From: Octopus bimaculoides | Taxonomy: Eukaryota | Reading direction: 5' to 3' | DNA length: 39,121 nt | Assembly (NCBI RefSeq): GCF_001194135.2 | Contig: NC_068997.1 | Location: forward strand, 39,555,337-39,594,457 | Shown here: positions 24,361-35,579 of the stretch, piece after piece | Layout of the letters: every line of letters starts with the position of its first letter | Numbering within the stretch: position 1 is the stretch's first letter | Position numbers and translations under genes: made by a program | Notes under the pieces: model-generated | The model's database searches: none | The model's input: only the letters and a program-made list of their open reading frames with translations | What the model was told of the DNA's origin: nothing

Positions 24361-24654
24361 GGGAGAGACGAGAAAAAAAGAAAAGGGACAGAGTTACGTG
24401 AAAGAGGAGAATGAAGAAAAAGCCAGGAAATGTGAGAGAGGGGGAACAAAAAAGGAGAGTGAAAAGAACNNNNNNNNNNNNNNNNNNNNNNNNNNNNNNN
24501 NNNNNNNNNNNNNNNNNNNNNNNNNNNNNNNNNNNNNNNNNNNNNNNNNNNNNNNNNNNNNNNNNNNNNNNNNNNNNNNNNNNNNNNNNNNNNNNNNNNN
24601 NNNNNNNNNNNNNNNNNNNNNNNNNNNNNNNNNNNNNNNNNNNNNNNNNNNNNN

Positions 24655-24701
<47 letters not shown>

Positions 24702-26337
24702 CGTGTGCGTGTGTGCGTGTGTGTGTACATATATATCTACTTACGTATAAGAGACCATATATATATGAATGTATACACACATACAGACACACACATATAC
24801 ATACATATGTATATATATGGTAAACGAAAGACGGAAGATGAAATATACAAAAATTTTAGTTATGAATCACGTCAGTTCTTTTGACACATCTAGCATCGTT
24901 CCCTCAGTGGTGGGACACTTGACAACTGGTTCAGGAACATCCTGTGGTGCAGATGTATCTCATCGGGTGATAAATAGATACAACTCGTTAAAATAATAGC
25001 TCCGCAATGTATCTTCTCATTTCGTAGAAAGAAAAGCAGCAAAACGAAGGAAATATCTTCATTTATATAGAAGATCAAAATTAAAAACACAGATGTAAAA
25101 AAGAAACGAACACGCAATATAGCGAGAAAAGCACCGAAAAACAATCGTCAGCAGACATGGGTGAACAAACACCCTTGCGCAAGTTGTATAGCGCGTGCTC
25201 ATTCGCTCACACAAGTATCCGCGAAAATGTAAGCACACGCACCCGTGCAGTTCGGTGCACTCACGATCATCAATCGATTCAAACAGCCACTCGGTATCTA
25301 CAAGAACGGGGAGTTAAAGCTAAAGCCAACTCATCCATACCTTAAAGTAAATTATGTCAAAGGTTACCCAAATTCACTCTCACTGTGCGAATGTACACCG
25401 ATATGCGTGCAGGCATCATGAGAGTCACCCAGAATTCTATCAATGATCTTCTCATTGGTCCACAGAACAGACAGGCAGTTCTGACTTCATTTTCCGACGT
25501 CGTTACCGTATTAGCTATATTATAAGCATTTCTATATTACAATTTGGCCGTAATTGGTGCTTTTCATTACGATTTACATTTTCTTAGCTGGTATTTAGAT
25601 GCGTATGTTCGCTCAACCCATTAGGTCGAGCGAACATACGCATCTAGGTGGGTTATATATATATATATATNNNNNNNNNNNNNNNNNNNNNNNNNNNNNN
25701 NNNNNNNNNNNNNNNNNNNNNNNNNNNNNNNNNNNNNNNNNNNNNNNNNNNNNNNNNNNNNNNNNNNNNNNNNNNNNNNNNNNNNNNNNNNNNNNNNNNN
25801 NNNNNNNNNNNNNNNNNNNNNNNNNNNNNNNNNNNNNNNNNNNNNNNNNNNNNNNNNNNNNNNNNNNNNNNNNNNNNNNNNNNNNNNNNNNNNNNNNNNN
25901 NNNNNNNNNNNNNNNNNNNNNNNNNNNNNNNNNNNNNNNNNNNNNNNNNNNNNNNNNNNNNNNNNNNNNNNNNNNNNNNNNNNNNNNNNNNNNNNNNNNN
26001 NNNNNNNNNNNNNNNNNNNNNNNNNNNNNNNNNNNNNNNNNNNNNNNNNNNNNNNNNNNNNNNNNNNNNNNNNNNNNNNNNNNNNNNNNNNNNNNNNNNN
26101 NNNNNNNNNNNNNNNNNNNNNNNNNNNNNNNNNNNNNNNNNNNNNNNNNNNNNNNNNNNNNNNNNNNNNNNNNNNNNNNNNNNNNNNNNNNNNNNNNNNN
26201 NNNNNNNNNNNNNNNNNNNNNNNNNNNNNNNNNNNNNNNNNNNNNNNNNNNNNNNNNNNNNNNNNNNNNNNNNNNNNNNNNNNNNNNNNNNNNNNNNNNN
26301 NNNNNNNNNNNNNNNNNNNNNNNNNNNNNNNNNNNNN

Positions 26338-26375
<38 letters not shown>

Positions 26376-26445
26376 GTATATATGTGAATATATATGCGTG
26401 TATAAGTATATATGTGTATATGTGTATATATATATGTATGTATAT

Positions 26446-26673
26446 AGTGGCACTCTGTCGGTTACGATGACGAGGGTTCCAGTTGATCCGATCAACGGAA
26501 CAGCCAGCTTGTGAACTTAACATGTAAGTGGCTGAGCACTCCACAGACACGCGTACCCTTAACCTAGTTCTCGGGGAGATTCAGCGTGACTCAGAGTGTG
26601 ACAAGGCTAGCCCTTTAAATACAAGTACAACAGAAACATTTAGAAAGAGTAAGAGAAAGTTGTAGTGAAAGAG
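26446..26673 (-). mobile_element. SINE family B, 3' part
   Basis: Colinear with 29170-29390 (gtggcactctgtcggttacgatgacgagggttccagttgatccgatc...gtggctgagcactccacagacacgcgtacccttaac...gtgtgacaaggct). Confidence 0.9.
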
Positions 26674-27062
26674 ATTTAACCTTTTATTTTAAGAATATGA
26701 ATTTTAAAGTTCAGCTTTCAATCTCGTATTTAAATCTTTGTAATTAGGTTCCATTATTTAGGTGTGTCAACTGTTAGGCAATGAAGTTTTCAAGTGTTCA
26801 AAAAAGAATGTAAGTAGGTTCTAGGTAGTTGATCAGCAAACTTCTTTACTTGTTGATGTTATATAAGAGAGTTAACTGCATACTTTAGGAAATTGGCAGT
26901 TATCCGTCAATATTATGACTTACGTGATTGGAACTTCCAAGTCACCATGAATAATAATATTGTTACATAAGAATAAATTTGTACTCTACAAATACACTGA
27001 TTAATCTTCAGTTAATATAATTGTTTTATTATTAAAACTTAACATAAAGAAACATCTTTGTG

Positions 27063-27150
<88 letters not shown>

Positions 27151-27476
27151 TGCTATGTCTAAGGACAGCCATAATGCTAATATTATTAACACAAGCACTG
27201 GTTCAATTCCATCTATTATTTGATAAATAAAAACAAAACAAATGACCCACTGTTTAACCAAGTTAAGCTATAGATTAGTTAGTTGGATATTTAAGTAATT
27301 GACTAATAAATAATAAAGGTTTGGAATTGAACAAGCGTGTGTGTGTTACTAATATTGACGTAATGACTCTCCCTAGACACAACACAATTTATTTCATCAA
27401 ACAAATTCACATAAATAATCATGCAAACTAGATACAAAAACGAAGTATATATATTTACCATTCATTATATATATAT

Positions 27477-27762
27477 TTGTGTAACATTTCTCCGATTTTT
27501 CCGTCCTTGTTTTCCTATACATTCACTGCTTTCTTGCAAGGAATCTAATGCTCTTAGCTTAGTTCTTCCTTGGGGCTGACCAGATTGGAGCAATCTCGAG
27601 TATAACCAGCCGAAGTTGCAAAGATATTTTGGAACTCGACTGAGGAAAGAAAACTCCGAATGACCCGTCTTTGTTTTCTTTGTATTGTCTGTCTGGATGT
27701 TTTGTTCTCCCTTTTTTGTATCACCTAACAGTCTGGATGTTTTGTGTCCTTGTCCCATTTTT
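27477..27762 (-). repeat. Dispersed repeat family D copy
   Basis: Reverse-complement match to 23829-24125. Ends in cttgtcccatttt next to (TA)n. Confidence 0.87.
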
Positions 27763-27771
27763 GTATTTTAG

Positions 27772-27838
<67 letters not shown>

Positions 27839-27862
27839 GTTTTGGTATCCAGAAGACCCGTG

Positions 27863-28334
27863 TGAAATTTCTAGCACATTTATAAAGAGTAAGGTAGTTT
27901 TACAGCTGTTTCAGGGATATAAAGGATATGTAATAACAAAATATGAACTCGGAACTTACATACTATGGACAAGAAGCCTCTTCAGCCATCTCTGTAATAA
28001 CAAAATATGAACTATTTTCGGAATTTACATACCATGGACAAGAAGCCTCTTTACCCATTCTACACAGCACATTCTTTGGATAATGAAACTGCAACTGTAA
28101 CATATATCCAACATATGCTTTTATTTTTATTCTCATATTTCCCTTTATACTTCCTATATTCCATCCTTTTCCAAAATAACTTCTTACATTGAACTCTACT
28201 CTTTCATTCTATTTAACTCTCTGTTATCGATTCTGATGATGGGATGCCCTTTATATCCCTGAAACAACTGTAAAACTACTTTTCTCTTTATAAATGTCCT
28301 AGAAATTTCAAACTGCCTTGGCTTTGTTGTCTCA
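27863..28334 (+). mobile_element. Probable PLE 3' end/pLTR with an inverted partial copy upstream and an internal tandem duplication of about 65 bp
   Basis: Inverted arms 27863-27925 / 28248-28311 (about 63 bp; roughly 4 substitutions and 1 indel). Tandem unit tgtaataacaaaatatgaact..ggaa.ttacatac.atggacaagaagcctctt occurs at about 27929 and 27993. A hammerhead-like motif overlaps the right arm. Confidence 0.6.
28229..28276 (+). ncRNA. Type I minimal hammerhead-ribozyme-like motif with intact CUGAUGA/GAAAC/GUA core
   Basis: CTGATGA (28233-39), T, stem II GGGAT (28241-45)/ATCCC (28255-59), T, GAAAC (28261-65), AACT, GTA (28270-72). Stem I is weak (gatt/aaac, 3 of 4 pairs). Confidence 0.6.
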
Positions 28335-28774
28335 TTTTATTCAACGCACACACGTATATATATAGGGTGGGGCAGAGAGGAGGGACGTTTTTGGAAAATT
28401 CCCAATATTATTAATTTTAGCTGCAAACAAATGCTATTGACATCAATTTGTTTGTATTGAATTAGCATTTCCCAAAATCAAGTGAGGAAAACAACATCCA
28501 TCATGTGGTATCCGTTTTCCATGATGCATTTCTGGAGGCGTTCTTCGAAGTTGGCCTCCACTCTCCTCAGTATTGCTCTGTGCATAGTCTTGTGGTTTCA
28601 AGTGTTGCCCAATTATCAATTTGTATGGGTGGAAATGCAGGTCTTCATGCAAAATAAGCCTTACCGATCGATTTCCGATTCCAAGTTCAGTGGAATGTCT
28701 CCGTGCAGAGTGATCTGGACTCGGTATCAAAGCTTGTCTGACGCGTTATTGTCGTAGGCAAACACGCGATGCTC

Positions 28775-29094
28775 TATTGTCACCTAAAAAGAAAAAAGTG
28801 CCAAGACACCACGACCGAATGGTACTTGTCGGGGATGCTCTCCTGAAAAAAGAATTTCTAACTTCCGGTCAGCCATTGTTATGATCAGCCATTATTAAGA
28901 TTGACCGTTGACTGGACACTATTCAATTTTTTTCTCCGTGTTTTTCTCCTTGTCTCCGTATTCTTTCTGTTGAAGAGCGTAGCTCGAAACGTCAAAGACT
29001 TTCCTATTCCCGAGCGTCATACTAATACATCCTTTTGTTATTTACACCACCTGTCCTCGTCTGTTGTTGTTTTTCGTATATTCTCCCACATATA
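28775..29094 (+). mobile_element. Approximately 320-bp insertion (probable PLE terminal-repeat fragment) inside the Tc1-like element
   Basis: It separates the transposase N-terminal codons WDG (29095-29103) from EHRVF (28760-28774) and contains a hammerhead-like motif. Boundaries are approximate to a few bp. Confidence 0.7.
28962..28998 (+). ncRNA. Type I minimal hammerhead ribozyme copy with a mutated core (CUGUUGA)
   Basis: Stem I TCTTT (28962-66)/AAAGA (28994-98); core CTGTTGA (28967-73) plus an extra A; stem II GAGC-GTA-GCTC (28975-85); GAAA-C-GTC (28986-93) with a palindromic ACGT stem III. Confidence 0.72.
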
Positions 29095-29163
29095 ACCATC
29101 CCACTGGGGCTGAATAACCATTTCAAAAACGTCCGTCATCTCTGCCACACCCTGTACATACAT

Positions 29164-29547
29164 TTGTTGCTGGAACTCCGTCGCTTACGACGTCGAGGGT
29201 TCCAGTTGATCCAATCAAAAGAACAGCCTGCTCGTGAAATTAACGTGCAAGTGGCTGAGCACACCACAGACACGTACCCTTAACGTAGTTCTCGTGGGTA
29301 TTCAGCGTGACACGGTGTGACAAGGCTGACCCTTTGAATAACAGGCACAACAGAAACAGGAAGTATGAGTGAGAGAAAGTTGTGGTGAAAGAGTACAGCA
29401 GGGTTCGTCACCATCACCTGCCGGAGCCTCGTGGGGCTTTTGGTGTTTTCGCTCAATAAACACTCACAACGCTCGGTCTGGGAATCGAAAACGCGATCCT
29501 ATGACCGCGAGTCTGCTGCCCTAACCACTGGGTCATTGCGCTTCGAC
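29164..29547 (-). mobile_element. SINE family B, full length, with tRNA-like head
   Basis: The minus-strand 5' end reads gtcgaagcgcaatgacccagtggttagggcagcagactcgcggtcataggatcgcgttttcgattcccagaccg, with A box TGACCCAGTGG and B-box-like TTTCGATTCCC. The body is shared with the 18555 and 26446 copies. It is followed by (TACA)n. Confidence 0.9.
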
Positions 29548-29609
29548 TGTACATACATACATGCATACATACATACATACATACATACATACACACACAC
29601 ATACATACA

Positions 29610-29640
<31 letters not shown>

Positions 29641-29841
29641 GAATTGATCATTTCCAGGGCAATGGTTAAATTTTACTGAAAGTCTAATAAACTCTGTAGG
29701 GATGAAACTGAAGCTGTTGTGAATAAACAAATGTATCCCTATGTATATAATGTTGAGTCATTCCACTTCTCAACCTTGTTTCACATGTTACCATTTCAAA
29801 AGCTTTACCGTATTTCTCTTTGTGTATCTTCCTCTTTCTCC

Positions 29842-29880
<39 letters not shown>

Positions 29881-30080
29881 TTCTCTGTCCTTCTATTCAT
29901 AACTACAAATGTATAGATAGATACACACACACACATTGTATTATATTATATTACATTATGCTATATAATGTAAGTGTGAATTTAAAATGGCATTCCCAGT
30001 ATAAGAAATGATTGCTACCGTTAAATTAAAAAAACATTACTCACATGTGTAGTATATATGATAAAAATATATCAAATAAA

Positions 30081-30285
30081 GGCAGTTAGCATGTCGGGCA
30101 AATTTCTGAGCGGTGTTTCGTCTGTCTTTACGTTCTGAGTTCATATTCCACCGAGGTCGACTGTGCTTTTCATCTTTTCAGGGTCGATAAAATAAGCACT
30201 CATGGATCATTGGGATCGATATCATCGGCCTAACTCCTCTTCCAAAATTTCTGGCCTTGTGCCAAAATTTAAATCTGTTATTATT
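30081..30285 (+). mobile_element. SINE family C copy; a second 3'-end fragment lies at about 30525-30590
   Basis: gttagcatgtcgggc..agcggtgtttcgtctgtctttacgttctgagttcatattccaccgaggtcgactgtgcttttcatcttttcagggtcgataaaataag...ggccttgtgccaaa...ttattatt is the reverse complement of the 37.2-37.7 kb copies. Confidence 0.87.
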
Positions 30286-31249
30286 CTTGTGTGAGAGGGC
30301 ATCACATGCCATTAAAGTGACGTCGTGGTACAAAGATACGAAAACTAATATACCCGTCATGACTACTCGTCTGTTAAGGATACACCGGGCACGTGTATCA
30401 CATCCACATGTGCGCAACATAATGACCTCATATCAAGATAAACAACGCATGACCTTGCAGGTGGGGGGTCCAGTTAGAATTTTCTTCAGATCAAGTAGCC
30501 CATCCTGCTCAGAAGTCACCCTCCCGCCACCCGAAATTGTTAGCCTTGCGCCAAAATTTGAAACAAATATATCAAACACTAATTATATTCTTGTGCGATG
30601 GCTTCACAGTTTGTCATGCAATCATATTATCTACCTCTTTAAAGATCCTTATCGAAACCAATAAAGCCCCATTAATAGAGAATTCTAAAATTGAACTAAT
30701 GAGCATTTTACCAAGACTGGGTCCTATACGAAGACTCAAGAGATGATGCAGCATTATTATGCCGGCAACAATCTCAAAGATATAGTTTATCGGATATTCC
30801 CGTGAAGAATTTTTCGCCAGAGAACGCTAAGTAGAACCAATACATGCTATCATTTGTCATAAAAACCTCTAATGATACAACCGTACCTATTTGTTTTAGT
30901 GAGTGTATATATATATGTGTGCTAATATGCGCAAGTAAGTTTTTGGGGTGTTTCTTTCGGCAACTGCGTTCATTTGTGCGATTATATGTATATATTCAAG
31001 TTCATTAGAGGCTCCCCCTCACCATTCAATTATAAAGTTTCAAAGCATTGAGGCACCCAAGTCAAACTTTTAGAGTCAAACTTAATTTTGAAATTTGATA
31101 TCAAACAGTAATCATATAAACTCAGTTTCATTTTTACCATAAATATAGTAACTCTCAAATCACTAGCACAAACTTATAAGTAATCGTATTTTCAACACAA
31201 TATGTAAGTGTGTGTGTGCGTGTGTGTGGATGCATATGTATATACACAT

Positions 31250-31284
<35 letters not shown>

Positions 31285-31294
31285 NNNNNNNNNN

Positions 31295-31339
<45 letters not shown>

Positions 31340-32625
31340 ACACACAAAGCAGATAAGAACGGAGAGAAGGAAATGAGAAAGAGAGAGAGTTGATTACTGA
31401 TCACGGGTTTTGCTTTTTCACATACGATTCTAAAATGTCTTCTAATGAGTTCCCTAATACTTTTCAAAGCTAGATTCCTTTCACAAATACACGCAGAAAT
31501 CAAATCCTCGAGTTCTATTTTATCTTTTTGTCTTTGACATATATTACATGACTTCTTATTCATTTCTGCTATTGTTCCTTCTGAAAAATAGTACTTATTC
31601 CACCGTATATATTTTTTTGCCCGGCATAAGCGTGTATATGTGTGTACTTGCGTGTATTCTGGAGAGAGTGTGCTTACATGGAAATATGTCTTCGACTATG
31701 TGTGTGTTTGGATGATTATATATATGTATAGTTTAGTGGGATTTGTCGTTCGGACTTTTCAGATTTTTTCACTCGTTTTTACAGTCTTCTAATTTTCATG
31801 CTGATTCGGAACAATTCTGTTTAAGCTTTAAAAAGAACCAATTCAAAAACGTAAAAAAAAAAAAAATCCCCAAATCAAAACAAAACAAATCAAAACAAAA
31901 AACATTAACTAGATAATCACCAACAACACTTTGTTCGCCATTGTCTTCAGACGGTAGCAGAGATGGTAAATCGCTGAAGAATTGACGTCCAATCCAGACT
32001 TTGTATTATTCTGGAATTCTGATATTTGGTAATGTATAGAAAATGAAAAAATATCAAAAGTTATCTATTTTTCAGCCTCCATTACCATCCTCTTTGCTCA
32101 GTCTAAATACCTATATTTCTTCACTCGATCTATTACTTTTCCTGCTACTCATAATTTTTCTTTATATCTTTCCCTTTCCATTTCTCTAAACATCTCTATT
32201 TATTTCTCATTTTCTTTCTTTCGCTTTCTCTATACGAGTTTGTGCGTGTATATGTGTACTATATTGCTGTATATTTTGGGTGAATGCATTGCAAATATGT
32301 ACAAGTTTGTGTGTGTGTGCGTATGTTTTTAAAGAGTTATATTTGCTTCTGTGTCTGTAGTTTATATATAAAACATAAATTAATAAATGAATCTATAGCT
32401 TTAGACATACATAAACTGTTATTCACAGACACGCACACAAACGCACACACGCGAATCATATGTATATACACATATATATATATATATATATATATCAAGA
32501 GTGAAAAAAACCTTGCATCTCTTTAAAATCGTTATATACATACTATAGAGATTTAATACAGATATATCGGGCAAAGGTACAACGGTTGCATATATCTCCA
32601 CACATATATACTCGTACACATGCAT

Positions 32626-32805
32626 TCACAAATCCAAGTGATTTACACAGACACATATACGCAAATACATATTTAGGTATATAATACATACATACACGTA
32701 GATATGCATACGTATAAGCACATATATATGCATGGGATATATATTTATATTCATATATATATGTATACATATATGTATGAATATATTCATATATGTGTGT
32801 GTGTA

Positions 32806-32885
<80 letters not shown>

Positions 32886-32930
32886 TGTGTGTGTGTCGGT
32901 GTGTGTGTGTGTGTGTGCGTGCGTGTGAAT
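32626..32930. repeat. Compound (TA/CA)n and alternating (GT)n/(GA)n microsatellite field
   Basis: Directly visible. Confidence 0.95.
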
Positions 32931-34046
32931 ACACTCAAATTATATGAATTTATTGATCAAAATTTCTGTTGGATTTCTGATCTCAGCTTTTATTCGTTTA
33001 TCCCAGTTGATTATCACTATATTTACCATTTACCATTTCCTTGGAACGGATAATGTATCACTGGANNNNNNNNNNNNNNNNNNNNNNNNNNNNNNNNNNN
33101 NNNNNNNNNNNNNNNNNNNNNNNNNNNNNNNNNNNNNNNNNNNNNNNNNNNNNNNNNNNNNNNNNNNNNNNNNNNNNNNNNNNNNNNNNNNNNNNNNNNN
33201 NNNNNNNNNNNNNNNNNNNNNNNNNNNNNNNNNNNNNNNNNNNNNNNNNNNNNNNNNNNNNNNNNNNNNNNNNNNNNNNNNNNNNNNNNNNNNNNNNNNN
33301 NNNNNNNNNNNNNNNNNNNNNNNNNNNNNNNNNNNNNNNNNNNNNNNNNNNNNNNNNNNNNNNNNNNNNNNNNNNNNNNNNNNNNNNNNNNNNNNNNNNN
33401 NNNNNNNNNNNNNNNNNNNNNNNNNNNNNNNNNNNNNNNNNNNNNNNNNNNNNNNNNNNNNNNNNNNNNNNNNNNNNNNNNNNNNNNNNNNNNNNNNNNN
33501 NNNNNNNNNNNNNNNNNNNNNNNNNNNNNNNNNNNNNNNNNNNNNNNNNNNNNNNNNNNNNNNNNNNNNNNNNNNNNNNNNNNNNNNNNNNNNNNNNNNN
33601 NNNNNNNNNNNNNNNNNNNNNNNNNNNNNNNNNNNNNNNNNNNNNNNNNNNNNNNNNNNNNNNNNNNNNNNNNNNNNNNNNNNNNNNNNNNNNNNNNNNN
33701 NNNNNNNNNNNNNNNNNNNNNNNNNNNNNNNNNNNNNNNNNNNNNNNNNNNNNNNTATATATATATATATATATATATATATGAATATATGTGTGCGTAT
33801 ATAATTATACGCGCTCCCACAGTTCACTCATGAATTTTCACGCATGCACATACACATAAGTAGAATGCATGTTCATGCCTAGATATTATATATGCATATA
33901 TGTGTATAATGTGTATACACATTCACATACACACACACAAATGCATACACATACATATATATGTATATACGCGTATAATACGTATATATATATATACATA
34001 TATATATATGTAAATATGTGTGTGTATGTGATGTATGTATATCTCT

Positions 34047-34103
<57 letters not shown>

Positions 34104-35579
34104 GATATAGGTAGATATATATACATACACGCATGTCTACGTGTGCATTATTTTTAGGTAGAGTAAGGAGAAAGTGAAGTATTTATGAAAAAAAACTCTA
34201 CAATCCAAATTTCAGGAAAAAACAAAACAAAAACAGAATGATCGTTAATAAATCATTGAATCTTTGATTATAGATCGACTAACATTTTTGTTTTTGTGAC
34301 TAATTTTCTACTGACATTTTATGTATAACACCCAAACTTTGAGGGAATTGAGAGCGGGTGGGTAAAAAAATACCGAAAAGCAAAAAAACATGCTAAATTA
34401 AATCTAGTCTCACTACATTGATTTTATAGTCTTTCGTGCTGCTTCCAGGCAGTTAATTTCTTTATATCATGGTGAAGTGTATTTTTGGGTAATGTATTGG
34501 AGAAATGTTTCAAGAAGCTTTCTCGACAGTAATTCCGAACAAATGCACCTAATTACTTTTCCCTTTATGAACGCAGTGATGTGAAGTAAAATAAAATTAA
34601 CGCAAATGCTAGGTGTAGCAATTTTTATTTGGTAACATATCTAATGCCAGATCGCTGGACATATTTAAATCGTGAAGGAAGTCTAGCAAGTAATTACTTT
34701 CGGAAAATAGGATTAGAAAATAAGGTTAGTTTTGTCAGATGATTACTACTAATTTTTAACACCTCTATTTTGCTATTGTAAAAATAAAATATCAAGTCCA
34801 TTGATTTATTCATTCATTTCATGCCATTTTTATAAAGGCAGGGCGGGGCCTTCTATCTTTTTGGTTTTCTCTGGTGAGAGGAAGGCAGGAAGTTTTCTCA
34901 CACCAAGGACCTGGTCTTATAACTCTGCTAAGGGCATTCAAAATGACAGGTGTCGGGATTGAACCGGGCGACAAAATGTGTTCCATTCAAAAACTCATAA
35001 CGCCCAGAGCCAAATCAAGTGACACAAATCATCCATCCTGACGCTCTAACGATTCTGTTTACACGTCCAACGGCCTCGTAGTTTGTTTTACCGCCTCCTC
35101 AACAATGCAATATAAAACTGATCTCAGAGAACTGAAAACTGACGAATACCCATAATAATACGCAAAAGTGCTGCGTTGTCTGTGAGCAAACGAATATCCA
35201 CCGGACCAAAATTCTCAAAATAAATTGGTTTCTACTTCGCACATTTAAAGCCTGCACCAAAACAACAGTAAAAAGTGGCATGCCGATAGTGCATGTGTCA
35301 ACATTCGTATACTGAATATTTTCATGAATGTGTGTGGGCCCATGGATAAATAAAAAATATTTTTCTGTCCCAGGTGCACTGATTGAATGCCACAGTAGAA
35401 GCAACAAATTTCGCGTGACAAGAGCAGATTGAAAGGAATTTTCACAACTCCTACAATGTAATTGGTGCCTATATGGAATATTTCCTTATTCAATGCATCA
35501 CATTGTGTCTCAATATGTTGCACTAACTCACACAAAATATACTTGAAGACAAGGTGACATAGGAAATCTCGTCTACATA

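Larger units (their letters stand above)
28363..29154 (-). mobile_element. Internally deleted Tc1/mariner-superfamily transposon (DUF4817-type transposase relic) carrying a nested insertion
   Basis: TIRs tagggtggggcagagaggagggacgtttttggaaa and tttcaaaaacgtccgtcatctctgccacaccctg (about 34 bp, about 4 substitutions and 1 indel), with TA at 28361-62 and 29155-56. Minus-strand pieces QWDG, EHRVFAYD, RVRQALIPSPDHSARRHSTELGIGNRSVRLILHEDLHFHPYKL and LRRVEANFEERLQKCIMENGYHMMDVVFLT*. The catalytic core is absent. Confidence 0.88.
1234..33755. other. Assembly gaps (11 N-runs): 1234-1408, 3103-3112, 6354-6702, 15852-15915, 17788-18554, 20632-21471, 22153-22162, 24470-24654, 25671-26337, 31285-31294, 33066-33755
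   Basis: Directly visible; most are bordered by dinucleotide repeats. Confidence 0.98.

Noticed and set aside
24880-25480. GC-richer unique segments with several short open frames
   Set aside because: Splice sites are weak or inconsistent and no peptide is recognisable.
27636-27672. CTGAGGA...CCGAAT...GTC in family D as a hammerhead
   Set aside because: GAAT instead of GAAA in both copies, minimal stem II and no stem I.
29475-29547. tRNA gene
   Set aside because: It is the tRNA-derived head of a SINE, continuous with the family B body and without a complete cloverleaf.
34940-35075. Possible further SINE head (gggattgaaccgg ... gacgctctaacgattctg)
   Set aside because: Too decayed to assign boundaries or family.
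35374-35432. Acceptor plus short frame (G)ALIECHSRSNKFRVTRAD* as a terminal exon
   Set aside because: Only 19 codons, with no supporting upstream exon or homology.
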